NCBI GenBank assembly: GCA_030264375.1
Contig: JASCQW010000148.1
Location: forward strand, 20,247,622-20,311,621
Length of the DNA: 64,000 nucleotides
Direction of reading: 5' to 3'
Source: Carcharhinus longimanus
Lineage: Eukaryota
In this document: positions 36,850 to 50,906 of the stretch, piece after piece
Numbering within the stretch: the stretch's first letter is position 1
How the letters are laid out: every line of letters starts with the position of its first letter
Translations under genes and position numbers: made by a program
The notes under the pieces: model-generated
What the model was told of the DNA's origin: nothing
What the model saw: the letters and a program-made list of their open reading frames with translations, nothing else
Databases searched by the model: none

Positions 36850-37370
36850 CACCACAAGCAGTATGAACCTTTATAAAACACTGGTTACACCTCAGCTGTG
36901 GAGTGCTGTGTTTAATTCCAGGCAGCGCACTTCAGAAAGGGTGTCAACACCTTGGAGAGAGTGCAAAAGAGATTTATTGTCAAGGTGACAGGTAATAGGC
37001 ACTTCAATTATGTGGCAAGACTGGAAAAGCTGGGATTAGTCTCTTTAGTGAAGAGATGGTCAAGAGCAAATTCAATGGAAGTGGCAGATGGCATGGTAAC
37101 CAGAGGAGACAGATTTGTGATTGGTGAAGGAACTAAAGGTGACATGAAGAAACTTTTTATTTTACACAACCAGTTGTTATCTCAAATGCACTGCCTAAAT
37201 GGTAGAAGCAGACTCATTAACATTTGAAAATAAATTGGATATATACTTGAAGAGAGAAAATTACTGGGAAAACGGAAAGAGCAGGGAGTGAGATTATTTG
37301 GATAACTCTACTAAAAGCCAATAGAAGCAGGATCGACCAAATGGTATTCTTCCCTGCTACGCTGTTTCAT
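36850..37370 (+). mobile_element. CR1 3' fragment
   Basis: LYKTLVTPQL, ERVQKRF, RLEKLGLVSL. Confidence 0.8.
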
Positions 37371-39609
37371 TCAATGAAGCTATGATTACTGAGACAGTAT
37401 AGAGGGACTCTCTGCTGGATTATGGGATAATAATCAATTCACAGCCTGCATTGTCGGAATAGTACAGAATTAATCATTTTTCATTTTCGTGTGTTTGGGA
37501 AAGTATAGAGTGAATTTATTCATACCTTGTTTTATTGGAAAAATATAACGGTACTGGGCACAAATCCCATGGCACAATTGCCATGGCACAAATCCCATTT
37601 ATGGCCATTAATTTCCCTGAGGGGGCTAAGATTAGATTTGTGCTGGTGAGATCCCGATTTGAGATCTTCCCCATTCCCAGTTGGTGATGGACTCAGGTTC
37701 ATCCCCACCTAATTTCCATGAATTTAAATACTTTCCAACATAATGAAAGGGCTTGATGCTGTAATGTCTGCCTGCAATGTATCCTCCCCCACTCCTGGCT
37801 GCATGAACACATCCTCCCCCACCATGGCGGCGTGATGTCACGTCAGTGCGGGTCACTACTTGTTTTCAAAAGCAAAAACCTGTTGTGATGACCACACCGG
37901 GGGCATAGAGATGCCTGGAGGCCCCAGGACATGAGAGATAAAGCTAGGCAGTGTCACTGCCAGTGGGCACTGCCAAGTGGGCACATGAAGAGGGCAGTGC
38001 CAAGGGACTCTGGCATGGGGGTAACCCTCCTCCATTTGGGGGGTAGGTTGCCCTTGTCTGTGGTGGGGGGGGTGAATGATGGAGAGCCCCGATGACTTAG
38101 ATGGGTGCCCTAATGCTTAGGGGATGAGAGGGGACCCACTGGTAGGAATCTATTCACCCTTCATCTAACTTATGTTTTGTTGATAATATAAAAACAGAAA
38201 ATATTGCCTCAGCAGCACAGTTCCATCTTAGTGCTGAGTGTAAAAATGGCCCAACAAAAAGAATACAAGTCCATGGGGCTCTCCTCTTCTTCTGCAATTT
38301 CTGTGGCTTCCCAATAGCTTCATATCCATGAGCCTGTTGCTAAAAATTAAATAATAAGAAATAACATTTTTAAAATATATTTTGAGAACACTTGACCAGA
38401 TTTATTCACGATTACATTTCATGATTGATCAGAAAGCAGTTTTGAATCCCAATCATGAAATATAAATACAAGGTCTGTTTGTTGTCAGCTAGATGTTTGA
38501 CATGCAAAACCATCAGTTGCCAAACCAAATAACTGAGAATTCACATAAGCAAAGCTTCACTTAGCCTGACAAAGGGTAAATACTCATTGAGACACCAAAG
38601 CTTGTAAAATGTAGGCTCAGGTTGGCAAGTCTTCAATCAGTGATTGATTTAGGTTTAATTTCTCATCACCAGGCATACAGCTTGTGACCAACTTGATTCC
38701 AAATAGTTCATGCTTACTTTGCCTTGTCAGCAGCAAAACTATTGGTCATTAGATAACTGTCATTTCAGAACTCAGTTGATGGACAATAGACACGAAGAAC
38801 ACACCACACTAAAAAACGTGTGCAGTCACTTATGTTCTTGACCATATTTAGGATACGAATACCTCACCCATTGAACAGGGTTTTACTATTTGGAGGTGGA
38901 GCTACAGAATTAATTGTTTATCTTTGTGACTACTTTGATTAATAGCAGAATGAATCTTGGAGAGATGTTTGGACAATTTGACTTCATGCAACTAATTTCC
39001 AAGCTAGACATCACCACAGTTAGAAGAAACCACAAACAATAGCATGCATTATGTCACGATGATATTCTAGATACAACAATCAAATACTGCATATAAGACT
39101 TGGGTATCACCATTAACTTAACACGTGGAAGGAGCTTTAGCAAAGTTACATACCACTATGAGGTTGACTTCATCTTTGAGGTACAAAATTATTCTGATTT
39201 TACTGTTGGAAAACAATTGTAAAATAAAAAGATGTCATCAATACTTACAAATAAATTATACTATACTTATAATGTAGAATAATTTATTAGTGAAATATGA
39301 TAAATGTATAACTATGCAATTTTTGTGTAAAATCTACAGTATTACCTAGATCAAATATACAAAACATTAAAAAATTGTACAAAGGCTACAGTTTGTACTT
39401 TCAAAGTGTACCATAATAAACATTTTGTACAGCTGATCAAATTCTGTTACACTGTAGAAGTGTGTAAAACATTATACACAAACCTAGGCTGTTGTTGAGG
39501 CCAACAATAATTTTAATATTAGTTTTAGTCTTGTTTCTGGACATCAAAATTTAACATTATTTGATTATAAACCCACCCATGACCCTCACTGCTGACCCTG
39601 GTAATTATT

Positions 39610-40462
39610 TGCAGGGTATGAGATATGACAGGCATCTGAGAGCAAGGGATGCAAGAACTCCTCAGTTCTGGGAGTACAGGTCCACAAATCCTTAAAAGCG
39701 GCAGCTTAGGTGGANNNNNNNNNNNNNNNNNNNNNNNNNNNNNNNNNNNNNNNNNNNNNNNNNNNNNNNNNNNNNNNNNNNNNNNNNNNNNNNNNNNNNN
39801 NNNNNNNNNNNNNNAGCGGCAGCATAGGTGGAAAAGGTGCTGATGAAAGCATATGGAATGCTTGCCTTCATCGATCGGGGCATTGAGTATTAAAGTTGGC
39901 AAATTATGTTACGGTTGTATAAAACATTGATTAGGCCACATTTGGAATGCAGTGTTCAATTCTGGTCACCTACCAGAAGGAAGTGGAGGTTTTGGAGAGA
40001 GTGCAGAAAAGGTTTACCAGGATGTTGCCTGGTATGGAGGGTATTAGCTTTAAGGAGAGATTGAATAAACTGGGATTGTTCTCCCTGGAAAAATGGAGGC
40101 TGAAGGCAACCTGATAGAGTTTACAAAATTATGAGGGATACAGATAGGGTGGACAGTTGGAAGCTTTTTCCCAGGGCAGAAATGATAATTACAAGGGGGC
40201 ACAAGATCAAGATAAGGGGAGAAATGTTCAGTGGAGATGTGCAGGGGAAGTCTTTTGCACAGAGTGGTGGAGGCCTGGAATGCACTGCCAAGTGAGGTGG
40301 TTGAGGCAGTTAGGTTAGCTACTTTTAAGACTTACCTTGATAGGCATATGAACAAATGGGGAATAGAGGGATATAAACAATTGGTTAGATAGATAGACGT
40401 GATTGGGGCAGGCTTGGAGGGCTGAAGGGCCTGTTCCTGTGCTGTACTGTTCTTTGTTCCCT
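39610..40462 (+). mobile_element. CR1 3' fragment with tail
   Basis: KAYGMLAFI, LYKTLIRPHLE, ERVQKRFTRMLPG; tail cctgtgctgtactgttctttgtt. Confidence 0.88.
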
Positions 40463-41638
40463 GTTCCTGGCATTATAAACCCATGGCTGATCATCCCTAC
40501 TGCTATACCTCTAGACTTGTAAAGGGCTTACCAAGACCTGCAAAATCCCTGATATATCCAAGCAGGAATGCACTGATGTTTGTTTCCATAACCTTATGAA
40601 GTTTTGGACTAATGCTATTCTAGATTTATGATCCCAAACATTAGGCATATTTTAGTCTGGGGAAAACATTTAAACAAACATTCTGTTTTCATTTTTAGTA
40701 TTCTAGTCCTTGTGAGATTATCTTCCAGAATGTGTACTTCAAATATAAGCATAAGAGCTCAAATATAAGTATGTTTTAAGAGTTTTTAGAAGTATATAAA
40801 AAGGAAGAACAGTTAATGTTCTTCCTTTACAGTAAATGTTGGTCCCTTAGAAGCAGAGGCAGGAAATAATTTCATGAGAACCGAGGAAATAGCAGAGGCA
40901 TTGAACAAATATTTTGTGCCTGCCTTTGCAGTACAGGACACAAGTTTATCATCAGAAATAAAGGGTAAGCTAGAAGCTAAAAAAATGAGGGAATTAGGGT
41001 AATTAATAACGGTAAAAAGAAAGTATTGGAGCAACTCGAGGGCCTGATGGCTGGCTCACTAGGCTTCTGATAAAGATAGCTGTAGAGATGCTGAAAGTAC
41101 CAGCAATGATTTTTCCAGAATTACTAAGAATTAGAAATGTTCCCATCAGAATGGAAGTTGTTATAAATGTAACACAATCTTTCATGAAAAGAGGGGGAGA
41201 GAAAACAGGGAACCCAGAACAGTTATTCTAACATCTGTGAAACTATTATTAAAGAAGGCTTAACAATGAACCTAGAAATATAAAGCATGATTAGAACAAG
41301 TCAACATGGTTTTACAAAAGGGATATCCTGTTTGATGTATTTATTAAAATTCTTTAAGGATGTAAATAGTAGGGTAGATAAAGGGGAACCAGTAAATGTA
41401 ATATACCTGGCATTCTTCTTTTAATTCTTTCATTGGATGTGGGCAACATTGGCTAGGCCAGCATTGGTTGTCCATCCCTAACTGTCCTTGAAAAGGTAAT
41501 GGTAAGCTGCTGTCTTGAGCTGGTGCATTCAGTGTGGTGTGGTTAGATGCAAGTGCTGTCAGGAACGGAGTTCCAGGATTTTGTCCCAGCAGCAGTGAAG
41601 GAATGATATAATTTCAATTCCGTATGGTGTGTGACTTT

Positions 41639-42752
41639 GGGCCTGATTTTACCATTTTCATTCTAAGTGCTGAATCTGGGCGCAATTCAGATCCAACTTA
41701 GAAATCTGCTTTCAGGCCCCCCCCTACACACTTAGCCTGAAAACAGATTCACATGTCTGAATCATGCTGTGGGTGGGGCTTAGCGCGCCCGGAACAATCA
41801 GAGGTCTGAACTGTGCATGCACAGTTAGAAAAAAAATTGAAAATCGTGCCGCTGTCACAAAAAGCAGATAAAATGGGCTGAGAGCAATAGCCCCCACAGA
41901 CATCATCCCCACCCCTACAACATAACTGTCCCCCTTATCCACACAGCACCCCCCCCCCCGCCATTACTCAGTCCGAATGCAATTCCCTGCCCCCTTTCTC
42001 TCCCACCAATTGCCCACAGAGTGGCAGCAGACCCTCCTGTCCCCCCCCNNNNNNNNNNNNNNNNNNNNNNNNNNNNNNNNNNNNNNNNNNNNNNNNNNNN
42101 NNNNNNNNNNNNNNNNNNNNNNNNNNNNNNNNNNNNNNNNNNNNNNNNCCCCGAGAAAGTTCAGGCCTCCCCCACCCCAAACAACGATCGGGCCTCCCTC
42201 CTTCCTACTAGAGAATGATCAGGCCTCTCCCCCTCCCCTGCACCAGAAATACACCTGATCTGCCTCCTCCTCCTCCTCCGCTACCAAGCCCCCTTCCCCA
42301 ACCAGAAAATGATCGGGCCTCCTTTCTTCCTCTCCGCCCATCTAGAGAATGATCGGACCCACCTCCCCCACTCTGCCCCAAACCATCAATTTGAGCCAGA
42401 GAGCCGTTGGAAGCTCTGAAGTTACCTCTTCAGAAGCTGGAGCGCCCAACACAGACTTTTTGTCAAGCGTGTCTGTTTTACACCGTATCTAAACATGCAA
42501 ATGCGATGGTAAAGGGGGAAATGCTGATAAAGTTGGGCAGGCAGTTCATTTATTCAATTTAAATGCATGCAAATGCACTTAAATTGTGGTTGCGCCCATT
42601 TTGGGCATGAATCAGATCGCGGCCATTCCCGGGCCTTGGTAAAGTGGCAATTTGCATGGACTCAGGCGCGGATCACATTAATGGTCTCACACTGGACTTT
42701 ACCATGTTTTCACACCCAAAAATGGGTGCAACGCAATGGTAAAATTCGGCCC
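41639..42752. mobile_element. Non-autonomous Harbinger-type DNA transposon
   Basis: TIRs gggcctgattttaccat / atggtaaaattcggccc (15 of 17 match). Flanks TTT/TTG. Splits a minus-strand LINE tail (gtgtgtgac|ttggtggggtgcttgcaggtggtggtg). Confidence 0.8.
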
Positions 42753-43281
42753 TTGGTGGGGTGCTTGCAGGTGGTGGTGTTCCCATGCATCCGCACCCTT
42801 GTCTGGCTAAGTGGAAAGGTGAATTGAAGGGAGGACACAAAGAAGTTGCAAAGAAATTATAGGCAAGTTAAGTGAATGGGCAACAAGATGGGCAATGGAG
42901 TGTGATGTGGAGAAGTGTGAAGTTATTCTCTTTGGTTGATAAAGATAGAAATGTGGAATTTTTTTTAAAAAATGTGGAACTTAAAAATGATGATATTTGG
43001 AGAGATATTGTTCCACAGAATGCAGGAAGTTAGCATGTAGTGCAGCAAGTAATTAGGAATACAAATGACATGTTGACCTTTAAACAAGGGGATTGGAGTA
43101 CAAGAATGAAAATATCTTGTTAAAATTGTGCAGGGTCTTGGTGAGAATACATTGGATTACTATGTGCAGTTTTGGTTTTATATTTAAGGAAGGATGTAAT
43201 TGCAGGCAGTACAGTGAAGGTTCATTGAATTGGTCACTCAGGAGTTTAAAACAATGAGAGATAATCTCATTGAAACATATA

Positions 43282-43417
43282 GGCTGGAATTCTCTAGCCT
43301 TTCACTCTGACGGGGTTCTCTGGTCCTGCTGTAGTGACCGGAGATTTGGCTGAGCACCAAATTCTCTGTCCTCACTTGCAGCCATGGCAGGGCATGAATG
43401 GCCAGAGAATTCTGGCT
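43282..43417. mobile_element. Harbinger-type MITE, 136 bp, 3-bp TSD ATA
   Basis: ggctggaattctct...agagaattctggct, flanked by ATA (43279-81 and 43418-20), inserted in CR1 attgaaacatata|attttctg. Confidence 0.8.
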
Positions 43418-44429
43418 ATAATTTTCTGAAGAGGTTTGATAGGGAAGTGCTGAAAGGTTGTTTCCTCTGGTCGCGGAGTCTAAAACACAGGAGGCGCAGT
43501 CTCAGGAAAAGGGGCCAATCAATTAAGACTTGGATGGAAAGGAATAACTTCACTCAAAGAGTTGTGAGTTTTTAGAATTCTGGGTGGTTGAGCATATTTA
43601 AAGCTCAGATTTTTAGAGTATCAGGGGATGTGTGGAGCGGGTGAGATAAGCTATGATTACATTGAATGGTGGAGCAGACTTGCATGGGCCACATTCCTGC
43701 TCCTGTTTTCTGTGCTCTTCTTTCTTATTATAATTGTTATTTCACGTATCAAGCAGCTCAAAAAATCTTTAAATTATGATTAACAGGGACCTGAATGGAT
43801 AGAATGAATTTAGGGAATTGAATTTCCTTTCCCCTTTCCATTTCAGTACAAGTCAGGTGGAATGTACCTGAAGTTCACTCTGTCAAGATGGACCTCAATC
43901 TACCTATTCCTCCGGTCAGGCATGGTCACAATGTTCCCCTAGGGCAGAAACATCATTGACAATGTATTTACTTAAATATCCTAGCACAATGGTAATGACT
44001 GTCAGCTTCAGGTCCTATCGGTGCTGTCCATAAACAGCTGCTTGAGAATTCCAATACTCCTATTGTTGCTATCTCCACTTAACTATTTAGCAATGGAGCA
44101 GCTCTCTAGCAGCCTTTCCTTGACTTTTCCAATCTCCATGGTTCACTTTTAATGAGACCTGCTTAAAGGAAGGGAGATAGGAAATTAATCTGGGATTTGA
44201 GCATTAAACAACAGTCTTAACAGCAACAAGGCACAGTTATCCTGAAGGGTATTGTCCAATTTCAAACAATTGGAATCTTAAATCACATCCAATCAGAGAT
44301 GCTATTGCTTAAAATAACGGTTCCAATGAAGTACTTCACAAATTACAATTGTAATTGTCACTGAACTAGTAATCCAGAGACCCAGGTAAATGCTTTGGGG
44401 ACCCATGTTCTTGAAACCCAGGACACATA

Positions 44430-44825
44430 GGAAACATCAAAAATAGAGGCAGGAGTAGGCCATTCAGCCCTTCAAGTCTGCTCTGCCATTCACTTTGATC
44501 ATGACTGATCATTAAATTCAATATCTTGATCCCCCTTCCCCTCCATATCCCTTGATCCCTTTAGCCCCAAGATCTGCATCTATTTTCTTATTGAAATCAC
44601 ACAATGTTTTGGCCTCAACTATTTTGTGTGACAACGAATTCCACAGATTCATGACTGTCTGGGTGAAGAAATTTCTCCTCATCTCAGTTATAAAAGGTTT
44701 ACCCCTTATCCTCAAACTATGACCCCTAGTTCTGGGCTCCCCCACAATTGGGAATATTCTTTCTGAGTCTACCCTGCCTAACCTTGCTAGAATTTTATAA
44801 ATTTCTATTAGATCCCCTCTCATGA
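44430..44825 (-). mobile_element. CR1 3' end
   Basis: MRGDLIEIYKILARLGRVDSERIFPIVGEPRTRGHSLRIRG...RNFFTQTVMNLWNSL. Confidence 0.9.
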
Positions 44826-45039
44826 ATACAGTCCTAACACATTTTATTCACTAATGCCCTTTAGGGATGGAAATTTGCTGTCCTTACCTAGTCTGGCCTA
44901 CTTGTGACTCACAGCAAACGTCTTCTGCAATGGCCAAGCAAACCACTCAGTTATATCAAAATAGCTAGAAAGTCGACAGAGTAAAACCAGACAGTCCACC
45001 CAACATCGATTTTGCCGTTGTTGTTTCCAGTGCCTAACC

Positions 45040-47205
45040 CCTGCCGACCATGCATAGTCCTCCATTCTGACATCTGGGGCTTGTGCCAAATTTGGGAGAG
45101 CTACCTCACAGACTAGTCAAGCAACAGCCTGATATAGTCACACTCACAGAGTCATACCTTACAGATAATGTCCCAGATACCACCATCATCATCCATGGGT
45201 ATGTCCTGTCCCACTGGCAAGATAGATCCAGCAGAGATGATAGCACAGTGGTCTGAGTTGCCTTGGGAGTCCTCAACATCGATCCCAGAACCCATGATGT
45301 TTCATGGCATCAGGTCAATCTTGGGCAAATTTACCTCCTGCCAATTACTACATAACACTCTCCCTCTCAACTGATGAATCCGTACCCCTCCATGTTGAAC
45401 GCTACCTGGCAGAAGCACTGACAGTGGCCAGGGAATAGACTGTATTCTGGGTGAAGGACTTCAATGTTCATCACCAGGAGTGGTTTGGTAGCACCACTAC
45501 TAACTGAGATAGTTGAGTCCTGAAGGACATTGCTGCTAGAGGGGTCTGTAGTGGGTGGTGAGGGAACCAATGAGGGACAAACATATATGACATCATCCTC
45601 ACTAATCCGCCTGTTGTAGATGCTTCTGTCCATGAAAGTTTCAGTAGGACTGACCACCGCATAGTCCCTGTGCAGACTAAATCTCATCTTTACATTGAAG
45701 ATATCCTGTATCATGTCCTGTGGCACTACCCCATACTAAATAGGATAAATTTCAAACCGATCTCACAATTCAAAACTCGCCATCCCTGAGATGCTGGGAA
45801 CCATCAGCAGCAGCAGAATTGTACTCACCACAATCTGTAACCTTGTGGCTTGGCATATCCCCCATTCTACCAAGCCAGGGTATCGACCTTAGATCAAAGA
45901 AGAGTGCAGGAGGACATGACAAGAACAGCATGAAGCATAACAGGGCCAGCTCAATCAAGCCAATTACCACCCCATCAGTCTATTCTTGGTCATCAACATA
46001 GTAATAGGAGTCATCAACTGTGCTCTCAAGTGGCATTTGCTTAACAATAACCTGCTCATTGACCCTCAGTTTGGATTCCATCAAGATCACTCAGCTACGG
46101 CCCTTACTACAGGCTTAGTTCAAACATGGACAAAAGAGCTAAACTCCAGAGGTGAGCTGAATGTGACTACCCTTGAAATCAAAGCAGCATTTGACTGAGT
46201 GTGGCATCAAGGAGCCTGAGCAAATTCTGCGACACAACTCTGAGGAACTTCTGTGATAATGTCCAGGAACTGAGATAATGGGAATTGGGGGAAATCTCTT
46301 TGCTGGTTGGAACCAGCACAAAGGAAAATGGTTGTGGTTGTTGGAAGTCAATCATCTTAGTTCCAGGACACAACCATAGGTGTTCCTTGGGGAGTGACCT
46401 AGCCCTAACGATCTTTAATTGCTTCATCAGTGACCTTCCTTCCACAATAAGGTCAGAAATGCAGATGTTCACTGATGATTACACAACGTTCAGCACTTTC
46501 ATGACTCTTCAGATACTGAAGCATCCTGGGGTTATCATTTGACCAGAAACTGAGCTGCACCAGCCAAATAAATACTATGGCTACAAGAACAGATGATGTG
46601 GAGATACAAGAACAGGCCAGAGGCTAGGATTCCTGTGGCAAGTAACTCACCTCCTGACTCCCCAAAAGCCTGTCCACCATCTACAAGTCCAGAGTGTGAT
46701 GGAATACTCTCCACTTCCCTGGATGAGTGTAGCTCTAACAATACTCAAGAAGCTTGACAGCACTCAGGACAAAGCAGTCTGCTTGATTGGCACTCCATCC
46801 ACAAACATTCACTCCCTTCATCCCTGAAGCACAGTTGCTGCAGTATGGTATGTACCATTTACAAGATGCACTACAGGCGCTCATCAAAGCTCCTTTGTTA
46901 GCAGCTTCCAAACTCAGGAATGCTACCATCTAGAAAAAGGACAACAGATGCTTAGGAACACCACCACCCGGAAGTTCCCCTGCAAGCCACATACCCTCTT
47001 GATTTGGAAATATATTGCTGTTTCTTCACTGTCGCTGGGCCAAAATCTTGGAACTCGCTCCCTAAGAGCACTGTGGGTGCATCTACACCTCATGAACTGC
47101 AGCAGTTCAGGAAGGCAGCTCATCACCACCTTCTCCAGGGCAATTAGGGAAGGGCAATAAATGCTGGCTTAGCGAGTGAAGTCCACATCCCTTCAATGAT
47201 TAAAA
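45040..47205 (+). mobile_element. Degenerate CR1-group LINE (APE endonuclease, RT, 3' tail)
   Basis: DIVTLTESYLTD, KDFNVHHQEW, QFGFHQDHS, EIKAAFD*VWHQG, MFTDD; tail gggcaataaatgctggc. Confidence 0.85.
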
Positions 47206-47599
47206 AATAATTATATTAAATATTAGAAAAATGCTGCTGACAGTGAATAATGCCACAAAGTGGGGTCTAGGAGATAGCGGTGGCCATATTTTTCCCTTTA
47301 CTCTTTAAACATAACACCCTATTCAAGGAACAGCTACATCACCACCAGAAGCACAAGTTGGAAAACAGAGAAGGTCTCCAAGTTTTGTCAATCAACATTT
47401 GTTTCACAATCTATAATCTAAAATCGATTTTGTTAGGAGACAAGTTTTAGAACAATACCTTGTGAGAATCTTCAAAATTGCACTTGATCTTGAAAGATCT
47501 ATGCCACAGTTCCAGATGTTTGGTAAGTTTATATTCTGGTCTCCTCCTGCATACGATCAACCAGTACTGAAAAACAAAATGAAAAAGTACCATGCAGCA

Positions 47600-48400
47600 A
47601 TGATACTTGCAGGATAGTATATGCAGCAGCCACAGTTATACTGCATCTATGCTGCAATTATTTTTCAGTGGTATCTACAGCCATCTGTCTCCAAACCCAG
47701 ACCACATGTGATCAGTTTTGGCACTGGTCCTCTTTCTGCTTCCACAGGATTGTTTTCCAGCTCCACTGTCCTTAACATTTCAGAGGCTCCGATAAGATTC
47801 CAGCTGAACCGTTGAATCCTCCAATGAGCAGCAATCATTGTATTGCAGCTGTGAGAAAAAATTTCCCAGAAAGGAGAGTCCACATTCTATAGATAAATGA
47901 AGGGAAGACTTTTTTACACATCAGTGTCCTGAATAGGGTGGAGTAATTCATACTTTTCTGAGGTTCTCTCCAAACAGAGAAGATCCCAGCCACAGCAGAC
48001 AGATTCCAGCCTTCCTAAGACCACAAGCCCAAATATTCGAGAGTCTCAGAGAGGATGTTATGTACCAGTGAAGCAGGTCATGGATGATATTCATCCCACT
48101 GTGTGATCTGGTTGAAATCAGATACGTGTTGATTTGTTTCTTCGTACTTGTATGATACAGTGGGCAGAGCAAGGATAACAGAACAGATGTGCTCTCTAAT
48201 CAAGCTACTCACAGCATATTTTCATGACCAGTAACCCTCCCCCGTGCAACTCTGGACTGTAGCCATTCAGAGCTGTGTTGAGGCATCAATGTGCCTCTCT
48301 AGTTGGAACGGAGATCCATGTCTGAAATGACCTCTTTACAGGTCTCCCAAGCAAAATATCACTCAATGATGCTTTCAAATCTGAAGATATGTAAGAGAAG
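47600..48400 (-). mobile_element. Highly degenerate RTE-like endonuclease fragment
   Basis: Minus strand LRLSNI...KAGICLLWLG and LLLIGGFNG resemble the ETRL..GYTFFWSG and LLGDFNA motifs. Confidence 0.35.
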
Positions 48401-49754
48401 TATGTTAGAGCTTTCCTCAAGTCTGATTAACATGGTTTACTTTAGATATTTTGTGTAGCATATTCATTAAAATGTTTAAATAGATGTATAATGAAAATTA
48501 TTCAGGCAAACACTGTTATGTATGTCTTATTTCCCTGCAGAGTAAGATTATTTTATATACCTGTATTATATATATACAATGTACATNNNNNNNNNNNNNN
48601 NNNNNNNNNNNNNNNNNNNNNNNNNNNNNNNNNNNNNNNNNNNNNNNNNNNNNNNNNNNNNNNNNNNNNNNNNNNNNNNNNNNNNNATATACAATGTACA
48701 CTCACTGTTATCTTGTGTTTGCCTAATCCATGTCCTCCTACTGATTCTGTAAACCCAATGAGCTGAGCTCTGCAGGATGCCATTAAGCCCAATCCCTGTG
48801 TCCACATTAGGATTGCCATCTGAGGAATATTAAGGATTAGCACCAAAACTGAACATGGTATTTCGAATGTGGCCTCGCACAGTATTTATACGAGCTTCTG
48901 CCAGGCCAAGTTGTGAAACTCTGGTGCCTAGTTCAATTAATCAGCCTATTTGCCTATGTATTAATTCTATCCTTGCTCAATTCAAACAATAGCCCCTGGG
49001 TAGTCATCAGGAGTGTCATCGACCTTGCACAGCACCAAGGCCACTTGTGACAACCTGTTACTTGTTGGCTAGGATCTCCAAACTGGGGATTGAACTTTGG
49101 ATGTTCGTGGCTTAGATGACTCAGTCCCATTACAGAAAATCATCTTTCACCCACTAAACCATTAGGAGATCTGACTCAATAATGAATTTTGATTGAAATC
49201 TTAGGGGCTCATCATGCAAGATACTTGATTAACCATATTGCTGTTGAATAGACTGAGACCCAGACCTAACAGAGCAATATTCCTTCAAACAGCAGTAAGA
49301 AATGTCAGAAGCATCAGAATGCGGTTATCAAATGTTATACCAGTCACATGATCTGCTCTCGATCGTGAATGCACCATACAAACTCTTTTCATTATATTAA
49401 CAAAGAGCAGCATAATTTAAAGATCCTTAGCTTGTTCATGTCAATATATTTTGCGTTAGCCAACTAATGTTGTTCCTTATGCATTTTTCCATATTCTAAT
49501 GTTTTTAGAATTGGTAAGTGGATAAGTTTGTGTAACTCATCAGAAATCATCAAAAGTAATTGAAATTGGAAGGAGTTTTGAAATCCAAAATTGGATTATT
49601 AGGTGATCTCTATCTGTTGCAATTAGGAAAAGGACAAACATTCATTTGCTTTTTTTTGTGAATTCATGTTAATTCAATGTCTAAGAATCGTACTCCTCAG
49701 CTCCTGTCATTATTGAACATTAAATCAAATGATACAATCATTAGATTCAATAAT

Positions 49755-50065
49755 CTTAGAATCCCTACAGTACAGAAGGAGGCCATTCAGCCCATCGAGT
49801 CTGTACCAACCACAATCCCACCCGGGCCTTAATCCCGTAACCCCACGCATTTATCCTGCTAATCTCTCTGACACTAGTGTCAATTTAGCATGGCCAATCA
49901 ATCTAACCCACACATCTTTGGACTGTGGAAGGAAACCAGAACACCCGGAGGAAACCCATGCAGACACAGGGAGAAAGTGCAAACTCCACACAGACAGTGA
50001 GCCGAGGTCAGAATTGAACCTGGGACCCTGGCGCTGTGAAGCAGCAGTGCCATCGTGCTGTGCAT
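49755..50065 (-). mobile_element. HE1-type SINE
   Basis: tagaatccctacagtacagaaggaggcc...ggaaacccatgcagacacagggagaaagtgcaaactccacacagac...ccctggcgctgtgaagcagcagtgc. Confidence 0.88.
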
Positions 50066-50160
50066 GATGATGATGGTAATAACTTATGAATTGGAGCCTT
50101 TGCAATGTTCTGTTGTAAATACAATGTGACACCAAACCCATCCCTGGAGACCATTATTGC

Positions 50161-50318
50161 GTAAGAAGTCTCACAACACCATGTTAAAATACAACTTTTT
50201 TATTTGATAGTAAACCCACGGTTTACTATCAAATAAACTGGTTGGACTTTAACCTGATGTTGTGAGACTTCTTACTGTGTTTATCCCAGTCCAACACAGG
50301 CATCTCCACATCATGACT
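50161..50318 (+). mobile_element. Penelope terminal-repeat foldback remnant
   Basis: gtaagaagtctcacaaca...tttgatagtaaacc cac ggtttactatcaaa...tgttgtgagacttcttac (50161-50275), then tail ccagtccaac...catctccacatcat. Confidence 0.8.
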
Positions 50319-50906
50319 ACCATTACTGCGCCCAGTGATCTTCAATCTTTATCTAACACCCAGGCAACATTCATTTCTGTGTCTTCTTGGGGGTCCCTAT
50401 TTACTTCTATCAGATGATCTATTAATATGGTTTATCAATGAAATAACCTCTGGCCACACAATCCAATTGCTGTTTTATGATAGGTCCATCTGCATATCAA
50501 ACAATATAACTCAAAGAAGTTGCCCACTCAGCATTTTGTTGCAAATCACATATGGAAAAATTCTTAAAGAGAAAAAGAAACAAAATAAGAACGTTCAGAA
50601 GCTTTGCCAAAAAAAGTTGAAAGGTTGAAAAAATCAGTTTATCTTAGTTCTAGGGGAAAACAGTGATATTTTTCTCTTTTTGATACTAATTTTCCTTCAT
50701 CCCTACTCGGAGATTACTTGATGAGTTTAGTAATAAATATTTGCATGTCAAACAATTTCATAAAGTTTTGTTGACTCCTGAACTTGTGAATCTTTGAAGA
50801 TTCATGCCTGGTGTACTCCTAATACCAAGTGTTTGAAATAGTGTGCTATCCTAATTCTTTCTGCCCAGATTGAGTTGATGAGTATTCTTTTTGCTTTCTT
50901 AACTAG

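Larger units (their letters stand above)
40780..43720 (+). mobile_element. CR1 ORF2 fragments hosting nested insertions (LINE tail, two MITEs)
   Basis: AEALNKYFVPAF, SQHGFTKGISCL, gagaagtgtgaagtta, cttcactcaaagagttgtg. Confidence 0.8.
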
